64,000 bases of DNA from Marinosulfonomonas sp. GTDB taxonomy: Bacteria; Pseudomonadota; Alphaproteobacteria; Rhodobacterales; Rhodobacteraceae. The stretch is from positions 131 through 64,130 of the forward strand of contig JALSRG010000110.1 of the NCBI GenBank assembly GCA_026984915.1. Direction: 5' to 3'. The notes below the pieces were generated by a model. It was not told where the DNA came from and made no database searches. It saw only the letters and a list, made by a program, of their open reading frames with translations. The position numbers and the translations under genes are program-made. Positions 38,153 to 48,645 of the stretch are shown in pieces; the first letter of the stretch is position 1; each line of letters begins with the position of its first letter.

Positions 38153-38836
38153 ATGAAACGTTCACGCGTTAATCAAATCATGGCTGAGGCGGATGAAATG
38201 ATCCGTCGTTTCGGATTCATCCTGCCGCCTTTCGCCTATTGGAGCCCGGACGAGATGCGGGCCAACAGGTCGGCTGCAAGGCGTGTGATCGAGCGCCGCA
38301 TGGGATGGGATATAACCGATTACGGTCAGGGCCGGTTCGATACGTTCGGGTTGTTTTTGTTCACCTTGCGAAATGGTAAGCTGGCCGATCTGCAATCAGG
38401 GCAGGGGATGTGCTATGCGGAAAAGTTGCTGATATCGCGCAAGGATCAGATCAGCCCGATGCACCGGCACATGATCAAGGCGGAAGATATCATCAACCGT
38501 GGTGGCGCGACGCTTGCAATTCAGTTGCACGGGTCCAATCCTGATGGGTCTTTTGGAGAAAACGTTGCGGGAACCGTGCTGTGTGATGGCCTTGAAACCC
38601 CGTTTGAGGCCGGGGAAATCCTGCGTCTGAAGCCCGGTCAGAGCGTAACCCTGATGCCCGGAGATTGGCATGCGTTCTGGGGTGACGGGGGGGATGTGCT
38701 GATCGGAGAGGTTTCAACGGTAAACGACGATCTGACCGATAATATATTCTGCGAACCCATAGGCCGGTTCTCTGATATAGAAGAAGACGAGCCCCCCCTG
38801 CATCTATTGGTTTCGGACTATGAAAGCTTGCTATAG
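38153..38836 (+). CDS. D-lyxose/D-mannose ketol-isomerase-like cupin
   Basis: 227 aa. The N-terminus (RSRVNQIMAEADEMIRRFGFILPPFAYWSP) and cupin core (HRHMIKAEDIINRGG) resemble D-lyxose isomerase family proteins. Confidence 0.65.
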   Translation: MKRSRVNQIMAEADEMIRRFGFILPPFAYWSPDEMRANRSAARRVIERRMGWDITDYGQGRFDTFGLFLFTLRNGKLADLQSGQGMCYAEKLLISRKDQISPMHRHMIKAEDIINRGGATLAIQLHGSNPDGSFGENVAGTVLCDGLETPFEAGEILRLKPGQSVTLMPGDWHAFWGDGGDVLIGEVSTVNDDLTDNIFCEPIGRFSDIEEDEPPLHLLVSDYESLL

Positions 38837-38844
38837 GCCACAGA

Positions 38845-39073
38845 CCCATGAACCACATGCCACCAGCGCAGAAAAGACGAAATATCAGTGATTTGGGCTG
38901 CGCCCTTTGCAAACGCCACAAGCCGCTGAGATGAATTGCTTTTCACGCCCTTCGGGGTTGGCGGTTTTTGCCCTGAAGATATTGCAAGGCATTGAAATAG
39001 AACAACTATTCCTGCGACCTTGTGCCTGATCGGGAACGGACATCTGCCAAACTGGTGGCATGTGGTTTATGGG
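38845..39073. repeat. 229-bp element bounded by 22-bp terminal inverted repeats (MITE-like or long-stem RNA)
   Basis: cccatgaaccacatgccaccag (38845-38866) and ctggtggcatgtggtttatggg (39052-39073) are reverse complements with one mismatch. Weaker complementarity extends about 10 bp outward. The interior carries a small hairpin plus T-run near 38946-38969. Confidence 0.6.
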
Positions 39074-39127
39074 AATGTGACCTGAAGCGTTTCGGTTTTA
39101 CCTTGAATCGAAAGGCTGCAAACGATC

Positions 39128-41395
39128 TTAAACAGCAAAATCAAAGGTCCTGTTAAGTGGCAGATCACGGGCCCGGATTTTCGTCAGGTCATACAATGCA
39201 TTGGCAAGCGCAGGCATCGAAGGTGGCGTTCCGGGCTCTCCGATCCCTCCGATATGGTTGCCAGAATTGCCTTTGTTGTTTTCCAGAACCTTGACGGAAA
39301 TACGTGGTGTCGTGTGCATGCGCAGAACGTCGTAATCCGGAAAATTTTCCTGTTCTGCCATGCTGTCAGCAAAGGTAATCTCACCAAAAACGGCCGCGGA
39401 TAGACCATAGATCAGTCCGCTTTCCATCTGAGCCCGGATGTTGCGCGGATCAAGGGCCGTGCCGGGATCAACGGCAATCCAGGCCTCGGTTATACGAATG
39501 CCATCAGGGCCGTTTTGCACCTCGACTATTTCTGCAACCGGTGTTCCAAATGAATATGTCAAGGCGACTCCGCGCCCCTTGTCATCTCCGGTCAGCCCTG
39601 TCCAGCCGGCCATGTCACGCACGGTTTCCAGCAAAACTGCCGAGGGTGGGTGCGCCTGACGGACCAGATTAAGCCTGAAGTCCAGCGGGTCATAGCCGGC
39701 GGCATGGGCAAGCTCATCTATAAAGCTTTCATGGAAGAAGCCGTTGAAGGAATTGCCGACGGATCGCCAGAAACCAACAGGAAGGTCCACCTCGGCAAGA
39801 TAGCCACGAACCGAATAGTTGGGAATCGCGTAAGGCTGATCAAAGGCACCTTCAACGTGGCCCTTGTCTGGGCCGGGTGCGGCAAAACCTGCCATGCGCA
39901 GCCCGGATTGCCGGGTAACCGACGGGGCAGATATTTTTGCTTCGAAAGCTGTTGCCGTGCCACCCGTGACGACGCCACGAAACCGCGCGACCGCTGCCGG
40001 GCGATAGAAATCATGGGTCATGTCCTCTTCGCGCGACCACATCACCTTGACCGGTATATCAGGCATGGCCCGGGCAACCTTGGCAGCAATAACGCTGAAG
40101 TCGAACTCTGCCCGGCGGCCAAAGCCCCCGCCCAGAAAGGGGGTGTTGACGGTGACCTGTTCCGGTTTCAAGCCGGTTGCCTCAGCTGCTTTGTCGCGCG
40201 CCACAAGGGGGGCCTGATTGCCTGCCCATATTGTGAGGCTGTCGTCCTGGAACAGGGCTGTGGCATTCATCGGTTCCATGGTGGCATGTGCCAGGTAAGG
40301 TACGCTGTACTCGGCCGTGATCTGTGTGCTGCCTTCTGGTGGATCGCTGAAAATCGCCCTTACATCACCGTCATTGCGAAGATGTGAATTTGCATCACGC
40401 TCAAAGGCGGCGGCAATCGCCCCCAGCAGAGCGGTCGTTGTTTCAGGGTAGTTACTGGGCTCCCAGTCTATTTCGACGGCCTGAGCGGCCTGAAAGGCCA
40501 ACCATGTATTGCTTGCAACAACCGCGATACCATCACCAAGATCAATGATTTTTTCAACACCTGGCATGGCGCGGGCCGTTTTGGCGTCAAAGCTCTTCAT
40601 TCCTGTGCGGCGCGGATTCATCCGCACGGTTGCAAATTTCATTCCGGGCAACCGGATATCGGCCCCATATTCTGCGGTACCTGTACATTTTGCCAACATG
40701 TCTACGCGTGGCATGTCGTGGCCAAGGTATTTCCATTCGGAAGCCGGGCGAAGCGCAACCTTTTCAGGCGGCTCGATCTTTGCGGCTTCTTCTGCCAGTT
40801 CCGTATATTTCAGGGCAGCACCGGCCGGTGTGATGACTTGGCCGTTTTCGGTTTTCAGAGTATCCGCTGGCACGCCCATGCGGGCACTTGCGGCCTGTTT
40901 CAGAGTTTCGCGCGCGGTGGCGCCCGCCATGCGCATTTTTTCAAAACCGTCTTTGACAGAGGTCGATCCACCCGTGACCTGCAGGGCCAGCATTTTGGGC
41001 AGGAAGTCGGTGGCGGATTGCACCTGTTCTTGCCAGTTTTTCAATGCGTAATCCTTGAAAGGCAGTCCCAGCCCGATCAGGACCCCGTTATAATAGGCCT
41101 GGGCTGCCGGACCGTGCATCGTGCGAATGCTTTGCCAGGGCACATCCAGTTCCTCTGCCACAAGAGCGGCCAGTGTGGTGTGAATGCCTTGGCCCATTTC
41201 CGCGCGCGGCGTGATGATGGTAATGCCTTGCCCGTCTATCAGGATATAGGGGTTGAGAACCGCCTGACCAGGCGCAGCTTTTAGCGGGTTGGGCAATTTT
41301 TTCCGTGTTTCGTAGATGCCAAAGGCCACGCCGCCGGTTATTGCGGCGGTTCCAACCAAAAATGCCCGGCGGGTATATTTCAACAGTCGTCCCAT
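39128..41395 (-). CDS. molybdopterin-dependent oxidoreductase large subunit (IorB / aldehyde-oxidase family), Tat-exported
   Basis: About 755 aa from ATG 41395. Twin-arginine leader (YTRRAFLVGTAAITGG). Xanthine dehydrogenase-family a/b hammerhead and MoCo-binding pattern. Follows the 2Fe-2S subunit. Confidence 0.8.
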   Translation of the reverse strand: MGRLLKYTRRAFLVGTAAITGGVAFGIYETRKKLPNPLKAAPGQAVLNPYILIDGQGITIITPRAEMGQGIHTTLAALVAEELDVPWQSIRTMHGPAAQAYYNGVLIGLGLPFKDYALKNWQEQVQSATDFLPKMLALQVTGGSTSVKDGFEKMRMAGATARETLKQAASARMGVPADTLKTENGQVITPAGAALKYTELAEEAAKIEPPEKVALRPASEWKYLGHDMPRVDMLAKCTGTAEYGADIRLPGMKFATVRMNPRRTGMKSFDAKTARAMPGVEKIIDLGDGIAVVASNTWLAFQAAQAVEIDWEPSNYPETTTALLGAIAAAFERDANSHLRNDGDVRAIFSDPPEGSTQITAEYSVPYLAHATMEPMNATALFQDDSLTIWAGNQAPLVARDKAAEATGLKPEQVTVNTPFLGGGFGRRAEFDFSVIAAKVARAMPDIPVKVMWSREEDMTHDFYRPAAVARFRGVVTGGTATAFEAKISAPSVTRQSGLRMAGFAAPGPDKGHVEGAFDQPYAIPNYSVRGYLAEVDLPVGFWRSVGNSFNGFFHESFIDELAHAAGYDPLDFRLNLVRQAHPPSAVLLETVRDMAGWTGLTGDDKGRGVALTYSFGTPVAEIVEVQNGPDGIRITEAWIAVDPGTALDPRNIRAQMESGLIYGLSAAVFGEITFADSMAEQENFPDYDVLRMHTTPRISVKVLENNKGNSGNHIGGIGEPGTPPSMPALANALYDLTKIRARDLPLNRTFDFAV

Positions 41396-41399
41396 GCGC

Positions 41400-41864
41400 C
41401 TAGCCCTCCTGCAATCTGGCTGCGGCGGAATGAATGGCGGTGCGGATACGCGAATAGGTTCCGCATCGACAGAGGTTTCCGGCCATGGCCTCATCTATTT
41501 GGGCATCTGTCGGGGCAGGGGTCTCGGCGAGCAGGCTGGCCGCCTGCATGATCTGGCCGGATTGGCAGTAACCGCACTGCGCCACCTGATGGTCGATCCA
41601 GGCCTGTTGCAGGACCGCAAGGTTTTCCGGTGACCCCAGCCCTTCGATGGTCGTGACAGGCCCGTCCACATCACCCAGTGCAAGCTGACAAGAGCGCACC
41701 GCAACCCCGGATAAATGCACTGTACATGCACCACAACTGCCGACGCCACAGCCGTATTTTGTACCCGTCATCCCCAATTCGTCGCGGAGCACCCAAAGCA
41801 GGGGAACTTCCGGTGGCAAGTCGGTACTGTGGCGTTGTCCGTTGATTGTCAGAGTTGTGGGCAT
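41400..41864 (-). CDS. (2Fe-2S)-binding small subunit (IorA-like)
   Basis: Two cluster motifs: [11 protein letters not shown] and CGYCQSGQ...CRCG. Confidence 0.88.
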   Translation of the reverse strand: MPTTLTINGQRHSTDLPPEVPLLWVLRDELGMTGTKYGCGVGSCGACTVHLSGVAVRSCQLALGDVDGPVTTIEGLGSPENLAVLQQAWIDHQVAQCGYCQSGQIMQAASLLAETPAPTDAQIDEAMAGNLCRCGTYSRIRTAIHSAAARLQEG

Positions 41865-41991
41865 GGGTGAAACCCCTGGGTTGAGTCGGCGGGTGGATGG
41901 CGAGTCTGAACTGTTTGTTTCACTTTGCCACAGTTACACGGTTTTGTCACAGGGAGAGCCCGACAAATCCACAGGTCCGGCGGAAAAGGGT

Positions 41992-42456
41992 TCACAAATT
42001 CTTGTACATGCAGAAATTGGTGAGCAATACACCACGCCTTTCCACCTGTTGTTCGCTTTTTACTTTCCACCCCAGGGATTCAAAAAAGGGCCGGGCCAAA
42101 TGACTGGCCTCTGTGGTCAGTTCTGTCAGCCCGATTGCGCGCTCATCTTGCAGAACCGCGTGGTAAAGCGTTTTGCCGATCCCCTGGCCCATATAGCCCG
42201 GGGCCACAAAGGCAAGATCAAGATACCCATCAACACCCAAGGTGATAAATCCAATAATATCAGAAACTTGCGCGACATAAGTTATGTGGCTCCCCAGCTT
42301 GTCAGGCCAAGTGGCAGGCATTGTTGGGCAAGGCGCCCATGCTGCACGTTCAATTTCTGAATAGTGGCTGGCTGCCCCCATGCGTACTGCATTGAAAAAC
42401 ACCCGATGGCACATTTCTGCGTCGTTCATTTCATATGGGCGTATCGTGGGTTGCAT
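41992..42456 (-). CDS. GNAT family N-acetyltransferase
   Basis: 154 aa. Acetyl-CoA-binding pattern (VAPGYMGQGIGKTLY). Confidence 0.75.
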   Translation of the reverse strand: MQPTIRPYEMNDAEMCHRVFFNAVRMGAASHYSEIERAAWAPCPTMPATWPDKLGSHITYVAQVSDIIGFITLGVDGYLDLAFVAPGYMGQGIGKTLYHAVLQDERAIGLTELTTEASHLARPFFESLGWKVKSEQQVERRGVLLTNFCMYKNL

Positions 42457-42482
42457 GGCTTGTCAGTTACATGTTGGACCGG

Positions 42483-43241
42483 CTAGAACTGCCCGCCGGC
42501 AATTTCAATGGCTTGTCCGTTGACGCTGCCGGACCGTGGGCTGCACAACCATATTGCAGCAGCGGCCACCTCTTCCGGCTCAATCAACCGCCCATGCCGG
42601 TTGCCCGCCGCCATGAGTGCCCGCGCCTCTTCGGTGCTTTTGCCCATGCGGGTGCTGATGCGCTCGGCGTTCTGGTCAATAATTGCGGTGTTCACATATC
42701 CGGGGCAAAGTGCGTTGAACGTCAGCCCTGTGCCCAAATATTCCTCGGACAAAGCCCGGATCAGCCCTAACAATCCATGTTTTGATGCCGTATAGGCCGC
42801 GGCACCTTTCAGGCCTTTCAGCCCTGCAATTGACGAAATTCCGATAATGCGGCCCCAAGCCTCGCCCTGCATTTGCGCAAGGCAGGACCGGATTGTCAGG
42901 AAAGCACCATCCAGATTGGTACGCATGATTTTTTGCCAATCCGTCAATGTGGTTTTCAGAAACGGCATTCCTTCGGCAATACCGGCATTGGCAACACAGA
43001 TCGTGATCGGGCCATGCAGCGCTGCGGCTGCGGCTGTTGCTTTGTTGATGCTGTCCTCATCGTTCACGTCCATAACACGCGGATGCAGTTTCGGGCTGGA
43101 TTTTGCGTGTGTTGCCAATGCGTCTTCGCGCCGGCCGGTGATTGTGACATCGGCGCCTTCATTCGCCAAAGCCAGGGCAATGGCCGCGCCTATTCCTGTG
43201 CCGCCGCCGGTGACAAGGGCGTGTCTTCCTTTCAGGCTCAT
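42483..43241 (-). CDS. short-chain dehydrogenase/reductase (SDR)
   Basis: TGGGTGIGAA cofactor motif, NAG motif and YTASK catalytic motif. Confidence 0.88.
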   Translation of the reverse strand: MSLKGRHALVTGGGTGIGAAIALALANEGADVTITGRREDALATHAKSSPKLHPRVMDVNDEDSINKATAAAAALHGPITICVANAGIAEGMPFLKTTLTDWQKIMRTNLDGAFLTIRSCLAQMQGEAWGRIIGISSIAGLKGLKGAAAYTASKHGLLGLIRALSEEYLGTGLTFNALCPGYVNTAIIDQNAERISTRMGKSTEEARALMAAGNRHGRLIEPEEVAAAAIWLCSPRSGSVNGQAIEIAGGQF

Positions 43242-43753
43242 CTGGCCATTTCCTTTTCCAGTCGTGTCAACTCTGATGCCAGGGCGTCAATCTGGTTTTC
43301 GTTCCAGATCGTCAACCCGGCCCTTGCAAGCAGTGTGGCTGTTACTCCGGCGCCTTGCTTTGTCTGGCCGCGAAACAACCCGTCGTATATCTGTAAACTG
43401 CCACAGGAGGGGCTTCGGTCTGTCAGGATTGCATGGCAACAACCCTCATGTCGGGCTTTCTCCACAGCCAGGCGCGCACCTTGCAGAAATGCCGGTGTCA
43501 CGTTCTCACCGGCACAGGTCAGTATGTTTGCCTGACCGTCCAGTACATCGCTGGCATCTGCACCATGGGTGATTTCAGCCGGGTCACGGGGTGTTGGCAG
43601 GCCGCCTGCCACCTCGGGGCAGAATGGGACCAGACGGTTTTCTTCTTTCCAGCGCATAATGTATTTTCGCGCGGTCAAAGACGTTGGTTTGCAATTCCCG
43701 TCATATCGGACGGGGTGATCTATCAGGCATGCACTGATCAGGATCCTCTGCAT
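43238..43753 (-). CDS. DUF523 (TudS-like 2-thiouracil desulfurase family) protein
   Basis: 171 aa from ATG 43753. MQRILISACLIDHPVRYDG and FCPEVAGGLPTPR are DUF523-type Cys motifs. 4-nt overlap with the SDR gene. The listed ORF start at 43957 is an upstream extension. Confidence 0.7.
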   Translation of the reverse strand: MQRILISACLIDHPVRYDGNCKPTSLTARKYIMRWKEENRLVPFCPEVAGGLPTPRDPAEITHGADASDVLDGQANILTCAGENVTPAFLQGARLAVEKARHEGCCHAILTDRSPSCGSLQIYDGLFRGQTKQGAGVTATLLARAGLTIWNENQIDALASELTRLEKEMAR

Positions 43754-43853
43754 GTCGGTCAGGCTACCGTGCTGCCTCCAAAGTGCAAGGCGAAAAGAAT
43801 TGCAAAAATATTGTAATTCGTGAATATGGAGTAGGCTACAGGAGGGAAACCCA

Positions 43854-44294
43854 ATGGGAATTATAGGAAAAACACTTGTTTCGATGGCAACAACCCTTGC
43901 ACTGATGCTGTCGTCGCCCGTCTGGGCCGGTGAAGAAGAGCTGAACGAAGCCATCATCGACTATATGGATTTTGCCACTTATGAATCTGGCATCATCGTA
44001 CCGGAACAGATGAGCAAAGAAGTCTTTGAGAGCGCATATCTGGTAGATACCCGTGATGCGGAACAATTCGCGGAAGGTACCATTCCGGGGGCCGTTAACA
44101 TTGACTGGCGCGAAATACCGGCGCGGGTTGATGAACTTCCGGAAAACCGGATGGTCATCCTGTTCTGCAATACCGGGTCGCTCTCGGCGCAGGCCGCATT
44201 TGCCGCCCGGCTGATGGGTCACGAAAATGTGCTGATTTTGCAAACGGGAATTATTGGCTGGCGCGAGAATGCTGATTATAAGCCTGAAACATGA
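43854..44294 (+). CDS. periplasmic rhodanese-domain sulfurtransferase
   Basis: AGGAGGG RBS, Sec signal (ALMLSSPVWAG) and the active-site loop LFCNTGSLS. Confidence 0.8.
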   Translation: MGIIGKTLVSMATTLALMLSSPVWAGEEELNEAIIDYMDFATYESGIIVPEQMSKEVFESAYLVDTRDAEQFAEGTIPGAVNIDWREIPARVDELPENRMVILFCNTGSLSAQAAFAARLMGHENVLILQTGIIGWRENADYKPET

Positions 44295-44752
44295 AAACTC
44301 TGCAGAAACTGATAGATTATCCGCCCGTCTGGCTTGCCGCCTTTCTTGCGATTGCCTGGTGGCAGGCGAAGAATTTCAGGTTGGGGCTTAGCCTGAACGG
44401 AGCATGGGAGCCTCTTGTCGGCGGTTTGCTGGTTGGTGCAGGGCTGTTGTTGATGTTTTTGGCCGTCATCGAATTCCGGCGGCATCAAACGACATTTGTG
44501 CCGCGCAGTACACCAACATCCTTTATTCAGTCAGGAATATACAAGCGCAGCCGAAATCCGATCTATTTGGGGGATGTTCTGGTGCTGACCGGGATGATTT
44601 TATATTGGGATGCGGTTCTGTCGCTTGTTTTGATCCCGATTTTCATCTGGATCATCGAGAAGCGATTCATTGAAGGCGAAGAAAAGACGCTTCGGCGCAT
44701 GTATCATGCGCAGTTTGCAGCGTACGAGCGCCGTGTCCGGCGCTGGTTCTGA
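44291..44752 (+). CDS. small membrane methyltransferase (ICMT/PEMT superfamily)
   Basis: 153 aa with 3-4 TM helices. GIYKRSRNPIYLGD and EGEEKTLRRMYHAQFAAYERRVRRW match the ICMT/PEMT C-terminal SAM-binding pattern. ATGA overlap with the rhodanese gene. Confidence 0.7.
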   Translation: MKTLQKLIDYPPVWLAAFLAIAWWQAKNFRLGLSLNGAWEPLVGGLLVGAGLLLMFLAVIEFRRHQTTFVPRSTPTSFIQSGIYKRSRNPIYLGDVLVLTGMILYWDAVLSLVLIPIFIWIIEKRFIEGEEKTLRRMYHAQFAAYERRVRRWF

Positions 44753-44815
44753 GTATTGAAACCGCGCCTTCTGCACAAAAGGCTGTATGCCCCTCGTGCC
44801 GGGCAAGCCGGGATG

Positions 44816-45340
44816 CTATTTCTGCGGATTGAGAACTTCGTTCAGCCGGGCTTCGATTTCTGACTTTTTGCCGGGGTAAGTTGGCAGGTTCTGCTTGATC
44901 CAGCCCTTGCCGTTAGGTCCACCAACCATGCCCTCGGCAACGTTAACAAGATCCGGAAACCCCTGCTTGTCCAGCGTTGTCGTGACATAGGTTGACCTGT
45001 TCCCGGTGCGGCAGATCATGGCAATCGGCTTGGCCGGATAGGTTTTGCGAATTTCGACCAGTTTCTGCACAAAATCCGCAGCACGCATATCCAGCGCGAT
45101 TGCACCGTCGCCAATGCCGGTTTCCTGCCATTCTTCCGGCGTTCTGATATCGACCAGGATCAGCTCTCCGGATTTTGCGGCTTTATAGGCTTCCGGGGCA
45201 GACATCACCCTGGGGGCTGCCAAGGCGATATCGGGTGCAACAATGGTCACCAGCGAAACGGCAAGCAGCGCGGTCAGAAAGCGACGGCGGGAGGCCGAAC
45301 GTCCTGCGGCGCAAAAACGGTTGATGACGTGTGGTCGCAT
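44816..45340 (-). CDS. Tat-exported rhodanese-domain sulfurtransferase
   Basis: Twin-arginine leader (SRRRFLTALLAV) and the active-site loop MICRTGNRS. Confidence 0.8.
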   Translation of the reverse strand: MRPHVINRFCAAGRSASRRRFLTALLAVSLVTIVAPDIALAAPRVMSAPEAYKAAKSGELILVDIRTPEEWQETGIGDGAIALDMRAADFVQKLVEIRKTYPAKPIAMICRTGNRSTYVTTTLDKQGFPDLVNVAEGMVGGPNGKGWIKQNLPTYPGKKSEIEARLNEVLNPQK

Positions 45341-45518
45341 GTAGGTTACTCCTCATTGAAAAGTCGGAGAAAGTATAGGATCGACAAGCTGTAAAACCTT
45401 ATACTGAATCGTTTACCAAAGGCTGGTGGCAATATACAGAGAAAGACGAGATAAAATCCGCGTGCGAATGTCGCAGGCATAGTGAGAACCAGGGTTGATA
45501 AAAAAGGAGGGATGTCGC

Positions 45519-47090
45519 GTGAAAATCGGAACCCCCAAAGAAGTATTTGAAGGCGAAGCTCGGGTGGCCATGACCCCTGATAGCGCGCGCCTTTTGCAAA
45601 AGCTGGGACATGACTGCGTGATCGAAGCCGGTGCAGGCAAGGCGGCAGGGTTTACGGACGCAGCATATAAGGAAGCTGGCGTGGAAGTGGTGCGGGGGGC
45701 AACCAATCTCTGGAAGGCCGCCGATGTTGTGGCAAAGGTACGCCCGCCGACTGAAACCGAGGCAAAAAGGCTTCGGAAAGGTCAGACCCTGATCAGTTTC
45801 TTCTATCCGGCGCAAAACGAAAAGCTGCTGGAAATCTGCGCCAAAAAAGATGCCACGGTGATTGCCATGGACATGGTTCCGCGCATTTCCCGGGCGCAAA
45901 AAATGGATGCGCTTTCATCCATGGCAAATATCGCCGGTTACCGTGCGGTCATTGAGGCGGCCGAAAATTTCGGGCGTTTCTTTACCGGGCAAGTCACCGC
46001 AGCGGGCAAGGTGCCACCGGCGAAAGTGTTGGTTGTCGGTGCTGGTGTCGCCGGTCTGGCGGCAATCGGCACGGCCGTTTCTCTGGGGGCGATTGTCTAT
46101 GCTTTTGACGTGCGTCCCGAAGTTGCCGAACAGATCGAGAGCATGGGGGCGGAGTTTGTTTTCCTGGAATTCGAAGAAACACAGGACGGTGCACAAACCG
46201 GAGGATACGCGGCCCCCTCCAGCCCGGAGTTCCGCGAAAAGCAGTTGGCAAAATTCCGGGAACTGGCCCCGGATATGGATATCGTCATCACCACGGCATT
46301 GATACCGGGGCGTGATGCGCCGGTATTGTGGACAAAGGATATGGTCGCGGCAATGAAACCCGGCAGTGTGATCGTGGATCTGGCGGCCGAACGCGGCGGC
46401 AACTGCGAACTGACCGTTGCCGACGAAATCATAACAACAAAAAATGACGTGAAGATTGTCGGCTATACCGATTTTCCCAGTCGTATGGCGACGCAAAGCT
46501 CGATGCTTTACGCCAATAATATTCGTCACATGGTTGATGATCTGACACCGGAAAACGACGGTAGAATTGTCATAGATATGGACGATGACGTGATCCGCAG
46601 CGCCACGGTTACCCATGCGGGGAAAATTACATTCCCGCCGCCGCCGCTGAAGGTTCAGGCGATTGCGGCGGCAAAACCAAAACCGGCCTCGCAAGAACTG
46701 ACGGTCGAAGAAAAACGTGCGCAAGAGGTGGCGGCATTCAAGAAAGCGACGCGTCAGCAGGTCGGATTGCTGGCGGGTGGCGGGTTGCTGATGTTGCTGA
46801 TCGGCGCCTATGCCCCGGTCAGCTTCATGCAGCATTTCATCGTTTTCGCGCTTTCCTGTTTCATTGGCTTTCAGGTGATCTGGAACGTATCCCATGCGTT
46901 GCATACGCCACTCATGGCCATAACCAATGCCATTTCCGGGATCATTATCCTGGGGGCATTGCTTCAGGTTGGTTCGGGAAACTGGTTGGTCGTGATCCTG
47001 GCCTCTGTGTCGATCCTGATTGCAACCATCAATATTGTCGGGGGCTTTCTGGTGACGCGCCGGATGCTCGCAATGTTCCAACGGTCCTGA
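45519..47090 (+). CDS. pntA: NAD(P) transhydrogenase subunit alpha (fused dI + membrane part)
   Basis: GTG 45519 after an AAGGAGG RBS. Alanine-dehydrogenase-like dI with [15 protein letters not shown], plus C-terminal TM helices. Confidence 0.92.
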   Translation: MKIGTPKEVFEGEARVAMTPDSARLLQKLGHDCVIEAGAGKAAGFTDAAYKEAGVEVVRGATNLWKAADVVAKVRPPTETEAKRLRKGQTLISFFYPAQNEKLLEICAKKDATVIAMDMVPRISRAQKMDALSSMANIAGYRAVIEAAENFGRFFTGQVTAAGKVPPAKVLVVGAGVAGLAAIGTAVSLGAIVYAFDVRPEVAEQIESMGAEFVFLEFEETQDGAQTGGYAAPSSPEFREKQLAKFRELAPDMDIVITTALIPGRDAPVLWTKDMVAAMKPGSVIVDLAAERGGNCELTVADEIITTKNDVKIVGYTDFPSRMATQSSMLYANNIRHMVDDLTPENDGRIVIDMDDDVIRSATVTHAGKITFPPPPLKVQAIAAAKPKPASQELTVEEKRAQEVAAFKKATRQQVGLLAGGGLLMLLIGAYAPVSFMQHFIVFALSCFIGFQVIWNVSHALHTPLMAITNAISGIIILGALLQVGSGNWLVVILASVSILIATINIVGGFLVTRRMLAMFQRS

Positions 47091-47100
47091 GGAGAGCGAC

Positions 47101-48576
47101 ATGAGTTACGGACTTGTATCTGCGGCCTATATTGCTGCTGCTGTTTTGTTCATCCTTGCGCTGGGCGGGCTGAGCAATCAGGAAAGCGCAAAGCGCGCTG
47201 TCTGGTATGGCATTGTTGGCATGGCCCTCGCGGTTGTTGCGACGGTATTCGGACCGGGAACCGGGCATTTGCTGCTCGTGCTGCTGATGGTCGCGATCGG
47301 GGCCTATGCCGGACAATATGTGGCGAAAAAGGTTGAAATGACCGAAATGCCGCAACTGGTGGCTGCCTTGCACAGTTTTGTTGGCCTGGCCGCCGTCTTT
47401 ATCGGCTTGAATGCTGATTTTGAGTTGGGCAGCGTTTTGGCACTCAAGGCCAATATCCCGGCCAGTCTGAATGAAGCCGGCGCTGCAGTCTTTCTGAAAG
47501 AGGCAGGCCTGACCGGGTTCGCCGAAAAGCTGGCGCACAAGGATGCAGTTGAAATAGCCATTCTGCATGTCGAAGTTTTTCTGGGCGTCTTTATCGGCGC
47601 CGTGACCTTTACCGGTTCCGTGGTGGCCTTTGGCAAACTGGCGGGAAAAATAGACGGCAAGCCGAAAAAACTGCCGGGCGGGCATTTGCTGAATGCGGGC
47701 GCGCTGGCGCTTTCGGTCATTCTGGGGCTGATGTATTTCAGTGGGTCAGGTGTATGGGCATTGTTGCTTATGACATTGATCGCCGGGTTTATCGGCTATC
47801 ATCTGATCATGGGGATCGGTGGGGCGGACATGCCGGTGGTTGTGTCGATGCTGAACAGCTATTCCGGCTGGGCGGCTGCGGCGATCGGCTTTACCCTGGG
47901 CAATGATCTGCTGATTGTAACCGGTGCCCTGGTCGGCTCAAGCGGTGCAATCCTTTCCTATATCATGTGCAAGGCGATGAACCGCAAGTTTATCAGTGTC
48001 ATTCTGGGCGGCTTTGGTGGCACCACTGGCCCGGCGCTTGAGGTCGAGGGCGAAATGGTTCCGATCGAGGCCGATGCGGTGGCGGCAGCCCTGGAGGATG
48101 CAGACAGTGTCATCATTGTCCCTGGTTATGGTATGGCTGTGGCACAGGCGCAGCAATCTGTCAGCGAGCTTGTGAAAAGACTGCGTGCCAAGGGCAAGAA
48201 TGTGCGTTTTGCCATCCATCCGGTCGCCGGCCGCTTGCCGGGGCACATGAATGTGCTCCTGGCCGAAGCCAAGGTACCCTATGATATTGTGCTGGAGATG
48301 GACGAGATCAACGATGATTTCCCGGATACGGACGTTGTCATTGTGATCGGGGCCAATGATATTGTAAATCCGGCTGCGCAGGATGACCCGAACAGCCCGA
48401 TTGCCGGAATGCCGGTTCTGGAAGTCTGGAAAGCCAAACAGGTGTTTGTCAGCAAGCGGGGGCAGGGAACCGGTTATTCCGGCATCGAAAACCCGCTGTT
48501 TTACAAGGATAACACACGCATGTTTTATGGAGACGCCAAGCACAGCATGGACGAGGTGCTGAAGCGGATTGACTGA
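47101..48576 (+). CDS. pntB: NAD(P) transhydrogenase subunit beta
   Basis: N-terminal multi-TM region and a C-terminal dIII domain ([24 protein letters not shown]). Confidence 0.93.
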   Translation: MSYGLVSAAYIAAAVLFILALGGLSNQESAKRAVWYGIVGMALAVVATVFGPGTGHLLLVLLMVAIGAYAGQYVAKKVEMTEMPQLVAALHSFVGLAAVFIGLNADFELGSVLALKANIPASLNEAGAAVFLKEAGLTGFAEKLAHKDAVEIAILHVEVFLGVFIGAVTFTGSVVAFGKLAGKIDGKPKKLPGGHLLNAGALALSVILGLMYFSGSGVWALLLMTLIAGFIGYHLIMGIGGADMPVVVSMLNSYSGWAAAAIGFTLGNDLLIVTGALVGSSGAILSYIMCKAMNRKFISVILGGFGGTTGPALEVEGEMVPIEADAVAAALEDADSVIIVPGYGMAVAQAQQSVSELVKRLRAKGKNVRFAIHPVAGRLPGHMNVLLAEAKVPYDIVLEMDEINDDFPDTDVVIVIGANDIVNPAAQDDPNSPIAGMPVLEVWKAKQVFVSKRGQGTGYSGIENPLFYKDNTRMFYGDAKHSMDEVLKRID

Positions 48577-48645
48577 TCGCCAATCTCGCTGCCCCCGGCG
48601 GTGGCGGGATATATATATATGGGGCCATGGCATGGGGCTTGCAGC

